Shown one piece after another: positions 46,393-56,626 of a DNA stretch of 64,000 nucleotides. The notes under the pieces are model-generated. The model was not told where the DNA came from, ran no database searches, and saw nothing but the letters and a program-made list of their open reading frames with translations. The position numbers were made by a program, and so were the translations under genes. The stretch is taken from contig CALLUG010000009.1 in assembly GCA_938011315.1 (NCBI GenBank), forward strand, positions 6,130 to 70,129, given 5' to 3'. Each line of letters begins with the position of its first letter. The stretch's first letter is position 1. Source of the stretch: an uncultured Flavobacteriaceae bacterium (GTDB lineage Bacteria > Bacteroidota > Bacteroidia > Flavobacteriales > Flavobacteriaceae).

Positions 46393-46961
46393 TAGCCTAA
46401 GGATGTATAATAAAATAGTAAAATACTAATTTAGCATTTGTTGTAGCTTTTTTGTGGCTAGTATTTTTATCCAAACCAATAGCGTTTTCTAATTAATACC
46501 CTAGAATAATAAGATGAAAAACAAAATAGCGAATATACCATAGCTAAAGTCTATCTCGCAACAAACCCTAAATTTAATTTGTGACACTCTTGGTATTAAA
46601 ACAAGCAAAGGAAAAACACAAGGAACTATCCCAGTATGATTAGATCTATAAAATATTAGAGATAAATTGCGTTTATAGTATTGCTTTCTAATTACGACGC
46701 TTTTTGAAATTTTAGTTGTAAAATGTTGTGATTTTAGGTTCTTTTTTTAGTATTCTATTTAAGATAATATATAATAGAACTCTTAAAAAATAGTGTCACT
46801 AAGTCGTATTAAATCTTTTACTTCATTACAAAATAATTTATTGTATGATGAGTAATAAGTGGTATTATTGTTATCTATAGTAATAGAAGTGATTTAACAA
46901 AGGTTTTTGTTTAAAAATTGTATCTTAGCTTTAATTTTTAAAGACACAAAAAATAATAATT

Positions 46962-47207
46962 ATGACATCAGCGATGTTTTTAAAAGTAATATTAGGATTG
47001 TTTATTGGGGTTTATGTAAGTTTTTTTATAGCCTCACTAAAGTTAAAATTAAAAAACAAATGGAATAAAGCAGACATCATTTCAAATATAAGAAATAGCT
47101 ACTATTACATTATAAGTCCAACAGGGATTTGTATTGTTGCTGTTGTTTTTTATGTTATATGCTATTGTAATTTAATTAAAAATTACCTAGGCGACACTTA
47201 CTGGTGA
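46962..47207 (+). CDS. orphan 81-aa two-TM small membrane protein (hypothetical)
   Basis: Two hydrophobic segments separated by KLKLKNKWNK. It sits at the end of a ~570-nt AT-rich non-coding stretch, and its 3' end overlaps the convergent rlmH by 10 nt. No family recognised. Confidence 0.3.
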   Translation: MTSAMFLKVILGLFIGVYVSFFIASLKLKLKNKWNKADIISNIRNSYYYIISPTGICIVAVVFYVICYCNLIKNYLGDTYW

Positions 47208-47671
47208 TGATAAGGTTCGTTTTTTAAAATACTAAATCCTCTATACAATTGCTCAACAAAAAATAGACGTACCATTTGGTGCGAAAACGTCATTTTAGAC
47301 AAGCTAAGTTTCCCTTTAGCCTGTTTGTAAAGTGCTTCCGAAAAGCCGTAAGGTCCGCCAATAACAAACACTAGTTGCTTTATACCAGAGTTCATGTGTT
47401 TTTGCAGATAAGTCGAAAACTCTATAGAGTTGAGTTGTTTTCCCTTTTCGTCTAGAAGAATCAAAGTATCTGTAGGTTTGAGTTTAGTCAAAATTAGTTG
47501 TGCTTCTTTTTCCTTTTGTTGTCCTTTGCTTAAGTGTTTTGTGTGTTTTACATCTGGAATAATTTCCATCAAAAATTTTATATAAAATCCTAAACGTTTT
47601 TGATAAGTTGCGATAAGCTGTTGTAGTTGCACATTATCCGTTTTACCAATAGCAATTAGTTTTATAATCAT
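47198..47671 (-). CDS. rlmH: 23S rRNA (pseudouridine1915-N3)-methyltransferase
   Basis: 157-aa SPOUT protein with FVIGGPYGF and SLSKMTFSHQM..L...EQLYR motifs. Confidence 0.9.
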   Translation of the reverse strand: MIIKLIAIGKTDNVQLQQLIATYQKRLGFYIKFLMEIIPDVKHTKHLSKGQQKEKEAQLILTKLKPTDTLILLDEKGKQLNSIEFSTYLQKHMNSGIKQLVFVIGGPYGFSEALYKQAKGKLSLSKMTFSHQMVRLFFVEQLYRGFSILKNEPYHHQ

Positions 47672-47761
47672 AAGCCAAAGTTAGGATATTTTATAATTTG
47701 TAATTTATTTTTTTAAAAATATTAAATCGCAATACTTATTTTAGCCATAAAGAAAATAAAA

Positions 47762-48619
47762 ATGATAAGCGATACACAGTTTAATACCGAAATTAGTTTA
47801 ATAATTACCAATGCAATACGAGAAGATGTGGGCGATGGCGATCATAGTTCATTGGCATGCATTCCTAAAACCGCAAAAGGAAAAGCAAAACTGTTGGTTA
47901 AAGATGAGGGGATTATTGCAGGTGTAGCCTTTGCAAAACAGGTGTTTGCCTATGTCGATAAAACCTTAGTGGTAACGCCACAAATAGAAGATGGTGCAAA
48001 GGTTACTCACGGTGATATTGTGTTTTATGTTGAAGGTGCATCGCAGTCTATCCTAAAAGCAGAACGTTTAGTCTTAAACGCTATGCAGCGCATGAGCGCA
48101 ATTGCAACTAAAACACATTTTTTTGTAAACTTGCTTAAAGGCACTAATACCAAAATATTAGATACCCGAAAAACGACCCCAGGAATTCGTGCTCTCGAAA
48201 AATGGGCAGTAACTATAGGAGGGGGAGAAAACCATAGGTTTGCTTTGTACGATATGATTATGCTAAAGGACAACCATATTGATTTTGCTGGAGGAATTAC
48301 AAAAGCAATACACAAAACAAAGGCCTATCTTAAAGCACAAAAGCGAGATTTAAAAATTATAGTAGAAGCCCGAAACCTAGAAGAAATAGAAGAGATTTTA
48401 ACAACAGATGGTGTGTACCGTATACTAATAGATAATTTTAATTATGAGGACACTCGCAAGGCAGTTAGTATGATAGGCGATAGATGTCTAACAGAATCTT
48501 CTGGAGGGATTAACGAAAGCACAATAAGGCAGTATGCGGACTGTGGTGTAAATTATATTTCTAGCGGTGCCTTAACGCACTCTGTTTATAATATGGATTT
48601 AAGTTTAAAAGCAGTATAG
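47762..48619 (+). CDS. nadC: nicotinate-nucleotide pyrophosphorylase (carboxylating)
   Basis: QPRTase pattern (REDVG.GD, ERLVLN..QRMS.IAT, DTRKTTPG.R, LKDNH). Confidence 0.9.
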   Translation: MISDTQFNTEISLIITNAIREDVGDGDHSSLACIPKTAKGKAKLLVKDEGIIAGVAFAKQVFAYVDKTLVVTPQIEDGAKVTHGDIVFYVEGASQSILKAERLVLNAMQRMSAIATKTHFFVNLLKGTNTKILDTRKTTPGIRALEKWAVTIGGGENHRFALYDMIMLKDNHIDFAGGITKAIHKTKAYLKAQKRDLKIIVEARNLEEIEEILTTDGVYRILIDNFNYEDTRKAVSMIGDRCLTESSGGINESTIRQYADCGVNYISSGALTHSVYNMDLSLKAV

Positions 48620-48620
48620 C

Positions 48621-49493
48621 ATGACCAAACAGGTTGAAGATACAATAAAAAAAATTCCAGGAACGGGATTCCTAATACGTCATTGCAAAACCTTAAAACT
48701 ACCAGGGCTTAAAAGCTTATCTGTTTACGATCTTGTAGAGATGTACACTTTAGGGATTATTAAAGGCGCATTGAGTGCTAGAGCAGGAGCAATAGCTTAT
48801 AGTTTTTTTATGGCAATGTTTCCTTTTTTACTTTTTATAATTGTCCTTATTCCGCATATCCCTATTGCTAGTTTCAAAACAGATTTTTTAAGTTTTTTAG
48901 CCTCCTTTTTACCACCAACCACAACAGAGGTATTTTCTAATGTGATTTTTAATACCACAAATAACGCGGGCATAATATCGTCGGTGTTTTTAATATCAAT
49001 GTTGCTTATGGCCAATGGCGTAAATGCTATATTTTCTGGTTTTGAAAACTCCTACCATATCCAACTAACGCGCAATATGTTTAGGCAATACTTGTATGCT
49101 TTTTTTGTGTCTATCCTTCTAGCGCTACTGCTTATTGTAACAGTTGCTAGCTTAGGATATTTTGAAATATATATTATTAAAAGCATTTTTGCCGTATATG
49201 GTTTTTTTGTCGTTATGGTCTATATTGCTGTTGCTATATTGTATTACTTTGGCACTAGAGAGGGGAGGCATTCAAAGTTTTTTTCAATAGGAGCTTTATT
49301 TACCACTGTACTAATTATAATAACCTCTTATTTGTTTGAAATTTATATAGAAAACTTTGCGCAGTACAACAAATTGTATGGTTCTATTGGTGCTTTATTA
49401 ATTTTGCTAGTGTATTTACGCCTAAATGCTAATATTGTTTTATTGGGCTTTGAGCTAAACATAGCTTTACAACGCCTAAAGTTAACTCGTTAA
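48621..49493 (+). CDS. YihY/BrkB-family membrane protein
   Basis: 290 aa and polytopic, with the family-typical N-terminal segment (SARAGAIAYSFFMAMFPFLLF) and YGSIGALLILL..L. Confidence 0.8.
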   Translation: MTKQVEDTIKKIPGTGFLIRHCKTLKLPGLKSLSVYDLVEMYTLGIIKGALSARAGAIAYSFFMAMFPFLLFIIVLIPHIPIASFKTDFLSFLASFLPPTTTEVFSNVIFNTTNNAGIISSVFLISMLLMANGVNAIFSGFENSYHIQLTRNMFRQYLYAFFVSILLALLLIVTVASLGYFEIYIIKSIFAVYGFFVVMVYIAVAILYYFGTREGRHSKFFSIGALFTTVLIIITSYLFEIYIENFAQYNKLYGSIGALLILLVYLRLNANIVLLGFELNIALQRLKLTR

Positions 49494-51958
49494 TGACACC
49501 AGACAATTATTTTATTGATGTTATACTGCCATTACCTTTAGAGCATTTATTTACCTATAGTATAACTAAGGCAGAGGCTGATTTTTTAAGTAAGGGAGTC
49601 CGTGTTGCCGTTCCTTTTGGAAAAAATAAAATTTATACAGCTCTAGTTTATGAGATACATCAAGACAAACCCAAGATTTATGAAGCAAAACCAATTCATC
49701 AAATTCTAGATCAAGAGCCTATTATTACGCCTTGGCAATTAAAATTGTGGCTATGGATGTCGGAATATTATATGTGCACACTTGGCGAACTACTACGAGC
49801 AGCCTTACCAAGCGCATTTTTGTTAGAAAGCGAAACTATAGTTTCTAAAACAGACAAAGATATTAGTGATATAACACTTAAGGACGATGAGTTTTTGGTC
49901 TATGAAGCATTAGAACATCAACCGACACTTAGGGTTAGTGATGTTAGTTTAATATTAGACAAAAAAAATGTTCTTCCTGTTCTAAAACGATTATTAGACA
50001 AGCAGATTATTAAGGTTAATGAACAGATGTACGAAAAGTACAAACCAAAGTTAGTGCGTTACATTCGTTTACATGCCTCACATCAATCTGATATAGCGAT
50101 ACAAGAATTGCTAAAAACCCTAAGCAGAGCACCCAAACAGCATCAGTTATTAATGACTTATTTTATGTTGAGCTCCAGTCGTAAAACGCCAATTAAAGTT
50201 TCGGAATTAAAACAAAAAAGCACTGCGTCTTCTGCACAAATAAAAGCACTTATTGATAAACAAATTTTTGAAGATTACTACGAGCAATCTAATAGAGTGG
50301 TTTACGATGCACAAGAAAAACTAAGTGCAAAACCCCTTAATCAATACCAAAATAGTGCTTTACAGAACATCATAAAATCATTTGAAACACAGGATACAAC
50401 ACTGTTACACGGCGTTACAGCTTCTGGGAAAACAGAAATTTATGCGCAGTTAATAGAGCAAGCCTTAAAAAAAGGAAAACAAGTATTATATCTTGTTCCA
50501 GAAATAGGATTAACAACCCAATTAGTACAACGTTTACAGCTCTATTTTGGAGAGCAAATTTTTGTGTATCATTCCAAGTATTCTTTAAACGAACGCGTCG
50601 AAACTTGGCAAGCAATTTTAAATTGTAACCCACATAAGGGGCAGTTAATATTAGGAGCGCGATCGTCCGTATTACTACCCTTTAGCCATTTGGGCTTAGT
50701 TATTGTCGACGAAGAACATGAGCAGTCGTACAAGCAATTTAATCCCTCACCGCGATATCATGCAAGAGATACAGCAATTGTTTTGGCAAGTTTTTTTAAA
50801 TCAAAAACAATATTAGGTTCAGCAACGCCAAGTGTAGAAAGTTATTTTAATGCTACGAGTAATAAAAAATATGGATTTGTAACGTTAAGCAAACGCTACA
50901 ACGAAGTGCTAATGCCAGATATTGCTCTTGTAGATTTAAAAGATAAATATAAGCGAAAGCTTATGAAAGGGCATTTTAGCGATACCCTAATCACAGAAAT
51001 GACCGAGGCTTTAGATGGAGGGTATCAAGTTATTTTGTTTCAAAATAGACGAGGCTACTCGCCAATAGTAGAGTGTGCTACTTGTGGCCATTCGCCACAG
51101 TGCTCTAATTGTGATGTAAGTTTAACTTACCATCAATACAGCAAACAACTACGTTGCCACTATTGTGGTTACAAAATAGCCCTGCCAAAAACTTGCTTGT
51201 CTTGTGGTAGTGTTGCTCTAGATAGTAAAGGCTTAGGAACTGAGCAAATAGAACAAGAGGTCAAAACATTATTTCCAAATTGTAAGGCTGCTCGGATGGA
51301 TTTGGATACCACACGAGGAAAATATGCGTATGAAAGCATTATAACAGCTTTTGAAAATCAAGAAACTCAAATCCTAATAGGGACTCAAATGCTCACAAAA
51401 GGTTTAGACTTTAGAAATGTAAAACTTGTAGGGATTATGAATGCCGATACAATGCTCAATTTTCCAGATTTTAGAGCCCATGAGCGTAGCTTTCAGTTAA
51501 TGCAACAAGTGTCGGGCAGGGCAGGGCGTACCCAAGAGCGCGGCAAAGTCATTATACAGGCTTTTAATCCTCAGCATAACATTTTGAAGCAAGTTGCAGC
51601 TAACGATTATGCAAGTATGTTTAAGGAGCAAATGGAAGAACGCCACAACTATAACTATCCACCAGTTTATAAGTTGATTAAGCTAACCTTAAAGCATCGT
51701 GATTACCATAAGGTTAATGAGGGGGGCGATTGGTTAGCAAAAAGATTAAGACAATTGTTTGGGACCTATGTTTTGGGTCCAGAGTTTCCTCCCATTGCTA
51801 GAATAAAGAATCAATACCATAAGCATATACTAATTAAAATTCCGCAAGGGCAATCGCTACCAAAAACTAAAGCAGCTATTTTTAAGGCTAAAACGAGTTT
51901 TTTAAGCATCAAAACCTTTAGACCAATACGCTTACTTATTAATGTTGATAGTTATTAG
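49493..51958 (+). CDS. priA: primosomal replication restart helicase PriA
   Basis: Walker A GVTASGKTE, DEEH box (VIVDEEHE) and a Cys-rich zinc-binding insert (CATCGH..CSNCD...CHYCG...CLSCGS). Confidence 0.9.
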   Translation: MTPDNYFIDVILPLPLEHLFTYSITKAEADFLSKGVRVAVPFGKNKIYTALVYEIHQDKPKIYEAKPIHQILDQEPIITPWQLKLWLWMSEYYMCTLGELLRAALPSAFLLESETIVSKTDKDISDITLKDDEFLVYEALEHQPTLRVSDVSLILDKKNVLPVLKRLLDKQIIKVNEQMYEKYKPKLVRYIRLHASHQSDIAIQELLKTLSRAPKQHQLLMTYFMLSSSRKTPIKVSELKQKSTASSAQIKALIDKQIFEDYYEQSNRVVYDAQEKLSAKPLNQYQNSALQNIIKSFETQDTTLLHGVTASGKTEIYAQLIEQALKKGKQVLYLVPEIGLTTQLVQRLQLYFGEQIFVYHSKYSLNERVETWQAILNCNPHKGQLILGARSSVLLPFSHLGLVIVDEEHEQSYKQFNPSPRYHARDTAIVLASFFKSKTILGSATPSVESYFNATSNKKYGFVTLSKRYNEVLMPDIALVDLKDKYKRKLMKGHFSDTLITEMTEALDGGYQVILFQNRRGYSPIVECATCGHSPQCSNCDVSLTYHQYSKQLRCHYCGYKIALPKTCLSCGSVALDSKGLGTEQIEQEVKTLFPNCKAARMDLDTTRGKYAYESIITAFENQETQILIGTQMLTKGLDFRNVKLVGIMNADTMLNFPDFRAHERSFQLMQQVSGRAGRTQERGKVIIQAFNPQHNILKQVAANDYASMFKEQMEERHNYNYPPVYKLIKLTLKHRDYHKVNEGGDWLAKRLRQLFGTYVLGPEFPPIARIKNQYHKHILIKIPQGQSLPKTKAAIFKAKTSFLSIKTFRPIRLLINVDSY

Positions 51959-51990
51959 GGTGTTACCTTATTAATGTAGATTTTTTAGCA

Positions 51991-52040
51991 AAAAAAACAC
52001 AACTATGAACAGTATTTTGATGTTCACAGTTGTGTTTTAA
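51991..52040. terminator. bidirectional intrinsic terminator between the convergent priA and glyA
   Basis: A-run, then a 16-bp stem with one mismatch (aacacaactatgaaca 51996-52011 / tgttcacagttgtgtt 52021-52036), then TTTT. Confidence 0.6.
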
Positions 52041-52071
52041 AACGACTATATTTAGTATTGAATTTGTAATA

Positions 52072-53346
52072 TTAAGCTACAAAAAGAGGTAGATTTTGCA
52101 TCATTTTGTTTACGCTTTTTTTAATATGCTTTAATTTGTCATCGTCTTCGTAGTTTGTAATGACATCGTCAATTAAATTAACGATAGCCTCCATATCATT
52201 TTCTTTTAAACCTCTTGTTGTTATGGCAGGTGTACCAATTCGTATTCCTGAGGTTACAAAAGGCGATTTATCATCAAAAGGCACCATGTTTTTATTAACC
52301 GTAATATCTGCAAGTCCTAAAGCCTCTTCGGCTGCTTTACCTGTTATATTTTTATTTCGTAAATCGATAAGCATCATGTGGTTATCTGTGCCTCCAGAGA
52401 TAATGTGATAATCTTTACTTACAAAAGCTTTTGCCATAGCTGCGGCATTTTTCTTTACTTGTAACATATAGGTTAAAAAAGCATCAGTAAGTGCTTCCCC
52501 AAAGGCAATGGCTTTGGCAGCAATAATGTGTTCTAGTGGCCCACCTTGATTTCCAGGAAATACAGCAGAGTTTAGCAAGGAAGACATTTTTTTGAGAGAA
52601 CCGTTTTTTAATTTTAGTCCAAAGGGATTGTCAAAATCTTGCCCCATCATAATTAAGCCTCCACGTGGACCCCTCAATGTTTTGTGGGTTGTCGTTGTTA
52701 CAATATGACAGTGTGGTAAAGGATCGTTTAAAATACCTTTGGCGATTAAGCCTGACGGATGCGAAATATCTGCTAGTAGTAGTGCTCCTACACTGTCTGC
52801 AATAGCCCTAAAGCGTTTAAAATCCATGTCTCTGGAGTAAGCAGACGCCCCTGCTATAATGAGTTTAGGTTGTTCTTTTTTTGCAACTGCTTGTAAGTTA
52901 TTATAATCTATTAAGCCCGTAGCTTTGTCTACACTATAAAAAGACGGACGGTATAATTTTCCTGAAAAATTGACTGGCGATCCATGTGTTAGGTGACCAC
53001 CATGCGATAAATCGAAGCCTAAAATTTTGTCTCCTGGCTGTAAACAAGCTGCAAAAACAGCAGTATTGGCTTGACTGCCAGAATGTGGTTGCACATTGAC
53101 GTAGGCAGCTCCAAACAATGCTTTTGCTCTATCAATAGCTAATTGTTCTACTTCATCTACAACCTCACAGCCTCCATAATAACGCTTTCCGGGGTAGCCT
53201 TCGGCATACTTGTTAGTTAAAACAGAGCCTGCCGCTTCCATAACTTGATTACTTGCAAAATTTTCGGAAGCTATAAGTTCAAGTCCGTCTAATTGACGTT
53301 TGTGTTCTGCCTCAATTAACTCAAAAATTTGTTCGTCACGTTTCAT
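52072..53346 (-). CDS. glyA: serine hydroxymethyltransferase
   Basis: 424 aa with PLP-Lys context [15 protein letters not shown] and [12 protein letters not shown]. Confidence 0.95.
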   Translation of the reverse strand: MKRDEQIFELIEAEHKRQLDGLELIASENFASNQVMEAAGSVLTNKYAEGYPGKRYYGGCEVVDEVEQLAIDRAKALFGAAYVNVQPHSGSQANTAVFAACLQPGDKILGFDLSHGGHLTHGSPVNFSGKLYRPSFYSVDKATGLIDYNNLQAVAKKEQPKLIIAGASAYSRDMDFKRFRAIADSVGALLLADISHPSGLIAKGILNDPLPHCHIVTTTTHKTLRGPRGGLIMMGQDFDNPFGLKLKNGSLKKMSSLLNSAVFPGNQGGPLEHIIAAKAIAFGEALTDAFLTYMLQVKKNAAAMAKAFVSKDYHIISGGTDNHMMLIDLRNKNITGKAAEEALGLADITVNKNMVPFDDKSPFVTSGIRIGTPAITTRGLKENDMEAIVNLIDDVITNYEDDDKLKHIKKSVNKMMQNLPLFVA

Positions 53347-53411
53347 ATTAATTACAATATTAATTTATATCAAAAATAATAAATTGATTTAGTAAAGTAG
53401 CCTAAAAAACA

Positions 53412-53419
53412 TATATTTG
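53412..53419 (+). promoter_or_regulatory. candidate -7 promoter box (TATATTTG) for fahA
   Basis: Matches TAnnTTTG, 27 nt upstream of ATG 53447. Confidence 0.3.
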
Positions 53420-53446
53420 ATATCGAATAAAATTAAAATATTATAT

Positions 53447-54739
53447 ATGTCTTTATCTGCTAATAATCCCGATAGAATATCGTGGTTACATGTCGACAAA
53501 AATTCAGATTTTCCAATTCAAAATATTCCTTTTGGCGTGTTTTTAACTAGAGACGATATTGTTACAATAGGGACACGCATTGGAGATACTGCTATAGATT
53601 TGGGTGCTTTACATCAGCTTGGATATTTTGAAGGCATCCCCTTAACAGACGATATTTTTCTTCAAGACACCTTAAATGATTTTATTGCCGATGGAAGAAA
53701 AACTTGGCGTTTGGTAAGAGATAGAATTGCTGAAATTTTTGATTCAGAGAATGAAAGTTTAAAAAACGACAAAAAAAATAAAGAACGTGTTTTATTTAGA
53801 TTAGACGAAATTGAGATGCAATTGCCTGTGCAAGTAGGCGATTATACCGATTTTTACTCCAGTATAGAACATGCGACTAATGTAGGAACTATGTTTAGGG
53901 ATCCAGATAATGCTCTTTTGCCAAATTGGTTACATATCCCCGTAGGGTATCATGGCAGAAGCTCGTCTATTATCCCCTCGGGAATTCCTGTACATAGACC
54001 TCAAGGACAAACCTTGCCCGCTGGTGCTACTGAGCCTGTTTTTGGACCTTCTAAGTTAGTAGATTTTGAGTTAGAAATGGCATTTATTACTACTGATGCC
54101 AATGACTTAGGAGAGTCTATACCTGTGGAAGAGGCCGAGCAATATATTTTTGGGTTGGTTCTTTTTAATGATTGGAGTGCTAGAGATATACAAAAATGGG
54201 AATATGTCCCTTTAGGTCCTTTTTTGGCAAAAAGCTTTGCGTCTTCAATATCACCATGGATTGTAACTCTTGATGCCTTAGAGCCTTACCGTACTGAAAG
54301 CCCGAAGCCACTAAAAAAACAATTGCCTTATTTGCAGCAAAAGGGCAAAAAGAGTTTTGATATTAACCTAGAAGTTGCAATACAACCCAAAAAAGCAAAA
54401 GAGACTGTTGTTAGTCGTTCTAACTTTAAGTATATGTATTGGAGCATGTCTCAACAGTTAGCACACCATACGGTTAATGGTTGCCCAATTAACTCTGGCG
54501 ATATGATGGGAAGTGGTACCATTTCTGGAACTGCAAAAGATAGCTATGGTTCTATGTTAGAAATTACTTGGCGCGGCGAACAACCCGTAACAATGTCTGA
54601 CGGTACAGAGCGTAAATTTATTAATGATTACGATACGGTTATTATGAGGGGGCATTGCGAAAAAAATGGAACTAGAATTGGCTTTGGTAAAGTAGAAACA
54701 CAGTTACTACCTGTGTTTGAAACTAAAAAGAAGAGATGA
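53447..54739 (+). CDS. fahA: fumarylacetoacetase
   Basis: N-terminal FAA-hydrolase domain (FPIQNIPFGVF) and FAH-fold C-terminus (DFELE, FNDWSARDIQ.WEY.PLGPF, GDMMGSGTISG). The ATG at 53447 is preferred; the ORF-track start at 53417 is a TTG. Confidence 0.85.
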   Translation: MSLSANNPDRISWLHVDKNSDFPIQNIPFGVFLTRDDIVTIGTRIGDTAIDLGALHQLGYFEGIPLTDDIFLQDTLNDFIADGRKTWRLVRDRIAEIFDSENESLKNDKKNKERVLFRLDEIEMQLPVQVGDYTDFYSSIEHATNVGTMFRDPDNALLPNWLHIPVGYHGRSSSIIPSGIPVHRPQGQTLPAGATEPVFGPSKLVDFELEMAFITTDANDLGESIPVEEAEQYIFGLVLFNDWSARDIQKWEYVPLGPFLAKSFASSISPWIVTLDALEPYRTESPKPLKKQLPYLQQKGKKSFDINLEVAIQPKKAKETVVSRSNFKYMYWSMSQQLAHHTVNGCPINSGDMMGSGTISGTAKDSYGSMLEITWRGEQPVTMSDGTERKFINDYDTVIMRGHCEKNGTRIGFGKVETQLLPVFETKKKR

Positions 54740-54754
54740 TTTTTTATTTTTTAA

Positions 54755-54784
54755 AAACAGATTGTCATATGGGTCTGTTTTTTT
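54755..54784 (+). terminator. intrinsic terminator after fahA
   Basis: Stem aaacaga (54755-54761) / tctgttt (54774-54780), followed by TTTT. Confidence 0.5.
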
Positions 54785-54918
54785 AGCAGTATAAAGCAGT
54801 AAAAAACAAATCCCTCTCATTCCATAAAGTTTGATAGTATTCAAGGATGAGTTTTGTTTATTAAGTATAAATAAAACTCATTTTTTTTATTGAAGTATTT
54901 GTGAAAATAGTATTTACT

Positions 54919-55614
54919 TTAAATATTGTTTAAAGCCTCTACAAGTAAGGTTTTTTTATTTCGACTTAATGGAATTTCAAAACTGTCAATTTCAACGTTT
55001 TTACTATTAAATTTATCAATTTTATCTAAATTAACAATATAAGATTTGTGAATCCTTAAAAACGTATCTTCAGGAAGTTTGGTTTCAAAAGATTTCATGG
55101 TAGACAACACCACTAAACTACTCTCTTTTGTTACTATTTTTATGTAGTCGCCAAGTGCTTCAACCCATTTAATATCTTTAATATATACTTTTCGTTTTTT
55201 TAAATTGCTTTTAACAAAAATATGGTCACCTTCTGCTTCGTTAAAGTCTAATTTCAATTTGTACTGTTCTAGTGCTTTTTCAACAGCAATATTAAAACGT
55301 TCTTTAACGATAGGTTTTTGTAAGTAATCTATAGCGTCGTAATTAAATGCTTTGAAGGCATATTCTGTTTTGCCGGTAACAAAGATAATTTGAGGCTTGT
55401 TGTTTAAGACATCTAATAGTTCAAAGCCATTTAGAACAGGCATTTCAATATCTAAGAAAATTAAATCAACTTTATGTGTGTTGAGACCATTTTTTGTTTC
55501 TAGAGCGCTATTATACTCAGCAACTAGGTTAAGGGAAGAATGGCTATTTACAAGCTTAACGATTGATAGTCTTTGTATAGACGAGTCATCTACAACAACA
55601 CAGTTTAAAGTCAT
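54919..55614 (-). CDS. LytR/AlgR-family response regulator (REC + LytTR DNA-binding domain)
   Basis: The REC domain has the phospho-acceptor context DLIFLDIEMP. The C-terminal LytTR pattern is FLRIHKSYIVNL. Confidence 0.85.
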   Translation of the reverse strand: MTLNCVVVDDSSIQRLSIVKLVNSHSSLNLVAEYNSALETKNGLNTHKVDLIFLDIEMPVLNGFELLDVLNNKPQIIFVTGKTEYAFKAFNYDAIDYLQKPIVKERFNIAVEKALEQYKLKLDFNEAEGDHIFVKSNLKKRKVYIKDIKWVEALGDYIKIVTKESSLVVLSTMKSFETKLPEDTFLRIHKSYIVNLDKIDKFNSKNVEIDSFEIPLSRNKKTLLVEALNNI

Positions 55615-55915
55615 AATATTAGTACATATTTAAATTAGATAGATACAATAGTACTAATAATATAGATAAAAACCAAATAATCGGGATAAAGTGTTTATTT
55701 GTGTTTTTTAATTATGTGATATACAAGTCGGTCGTTACGTTTTTTATAATCAATTTTTTTTGTTTTGGTAATTAGTTTTATATGCTACAAGATGACAACA
55801 CAAAGTTGATATAATTAGAACTTAGCATATTTTATATTCATTATATAAATGTATTTAATACGAATATATAACGATTAAAATAAATTAAGCACCTGTATAT
55901 TAGTTAAATATAATT

Positions 55916-56623
55916 TTATTGATTAACTACCAATCTAAACCCTTCGCCATGAATATTTAAGATTTCTACTTTTTCGTCTAGTTTCAAATATTTACGAAGT
56001 TTGGCAATATACACGTCCATACTCCTAGATGTGAAATAGTTGTCATCTCTCCAAATTTTGGTTAATGCTAATTCTCTTGGCATCAAGTCGTTTTCGTGTA
56101 ATGCCAATAGGCGTAATAATTCGTTCTCTTTTGGCGATAATTTTACAGGGTCTCTTTTATCGAACTTTAAAAACCTAAGCTTAGAATTTAATTGAAATCC
56201 ACCAATGGTGAATTCAAATTGTTTACTGTCGGCAATACTATCGGTGGCTTTTCTTTGAATAATTGCTTTAATTTTCATTAGCAACACTTCACTGTCAAAA
56301 GGCTTATTAAGATAATCGTCTGCGCCTACTTTGTAGCCTTTTAAGACATCTTCTTTCATTGCCTTAGCGGTTAAGAATATAATAGGGATATCGACATTTT
56401 TTTCTCTAATTTCTTTGGCTAATGTAAACCCATCTTTGTAAGGCATCATAACGTCTAGAATACACAAATCGTAGTCGTCTTTTTTAAATTTTTCAAAACC
56501 TTCCATTCCGTTTTTAGCGTGAACAACATCATAGTTATTCATAGACAAGTAGTCTTTTAAGACGGTTCCAAAATTAGGATCATCTTCTACTAATAATATT
56601 TTTTTGCTTATTGTTTCTTCCAT
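55916..56623 (-). CDS. OmpR/PhoB-family response regulator
   Basis: REC domain (ILLVEDD, DLCILDVMMP, LTAK) plus a winged-helix output domain (LSPKENELLRLL, IHGEGFRL). Confidence 0.85.
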   Translation of the reverse strand: MEETISKKILLVEDDPNFGTVLKDYLSMNNYDVVHAKNGMEGFEKFKKDDYDLCILDVMMPYKDGFTLAKEIREKNVDIPIIFLTAKAMKEDVLKGYKVGADDYLNKPFDSEVLLMKIKAIIQRKATDSIADSKQFEFTIGGFQLNSKLRFLKFDKRDPVKLSPKENELLRLLALHENDLMPRELALTKIWRDDNYFTSRSMDVYIAKLRKYLKLDEKVEILNIHGEGFRLVVNQ

Positions 56624-56626
56624 AGT

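Noticed and set aside
46504-46746. 81-codon minus-strand open frame as a functional CDS
   Set aside because: It contains no ATG anywhere. Only internal TTG/GTG codons would give a product of fewer than 35 aa. It is more likely a gene remnant or chance frame, and it is kept only as part of the AT-rich-gap finding.
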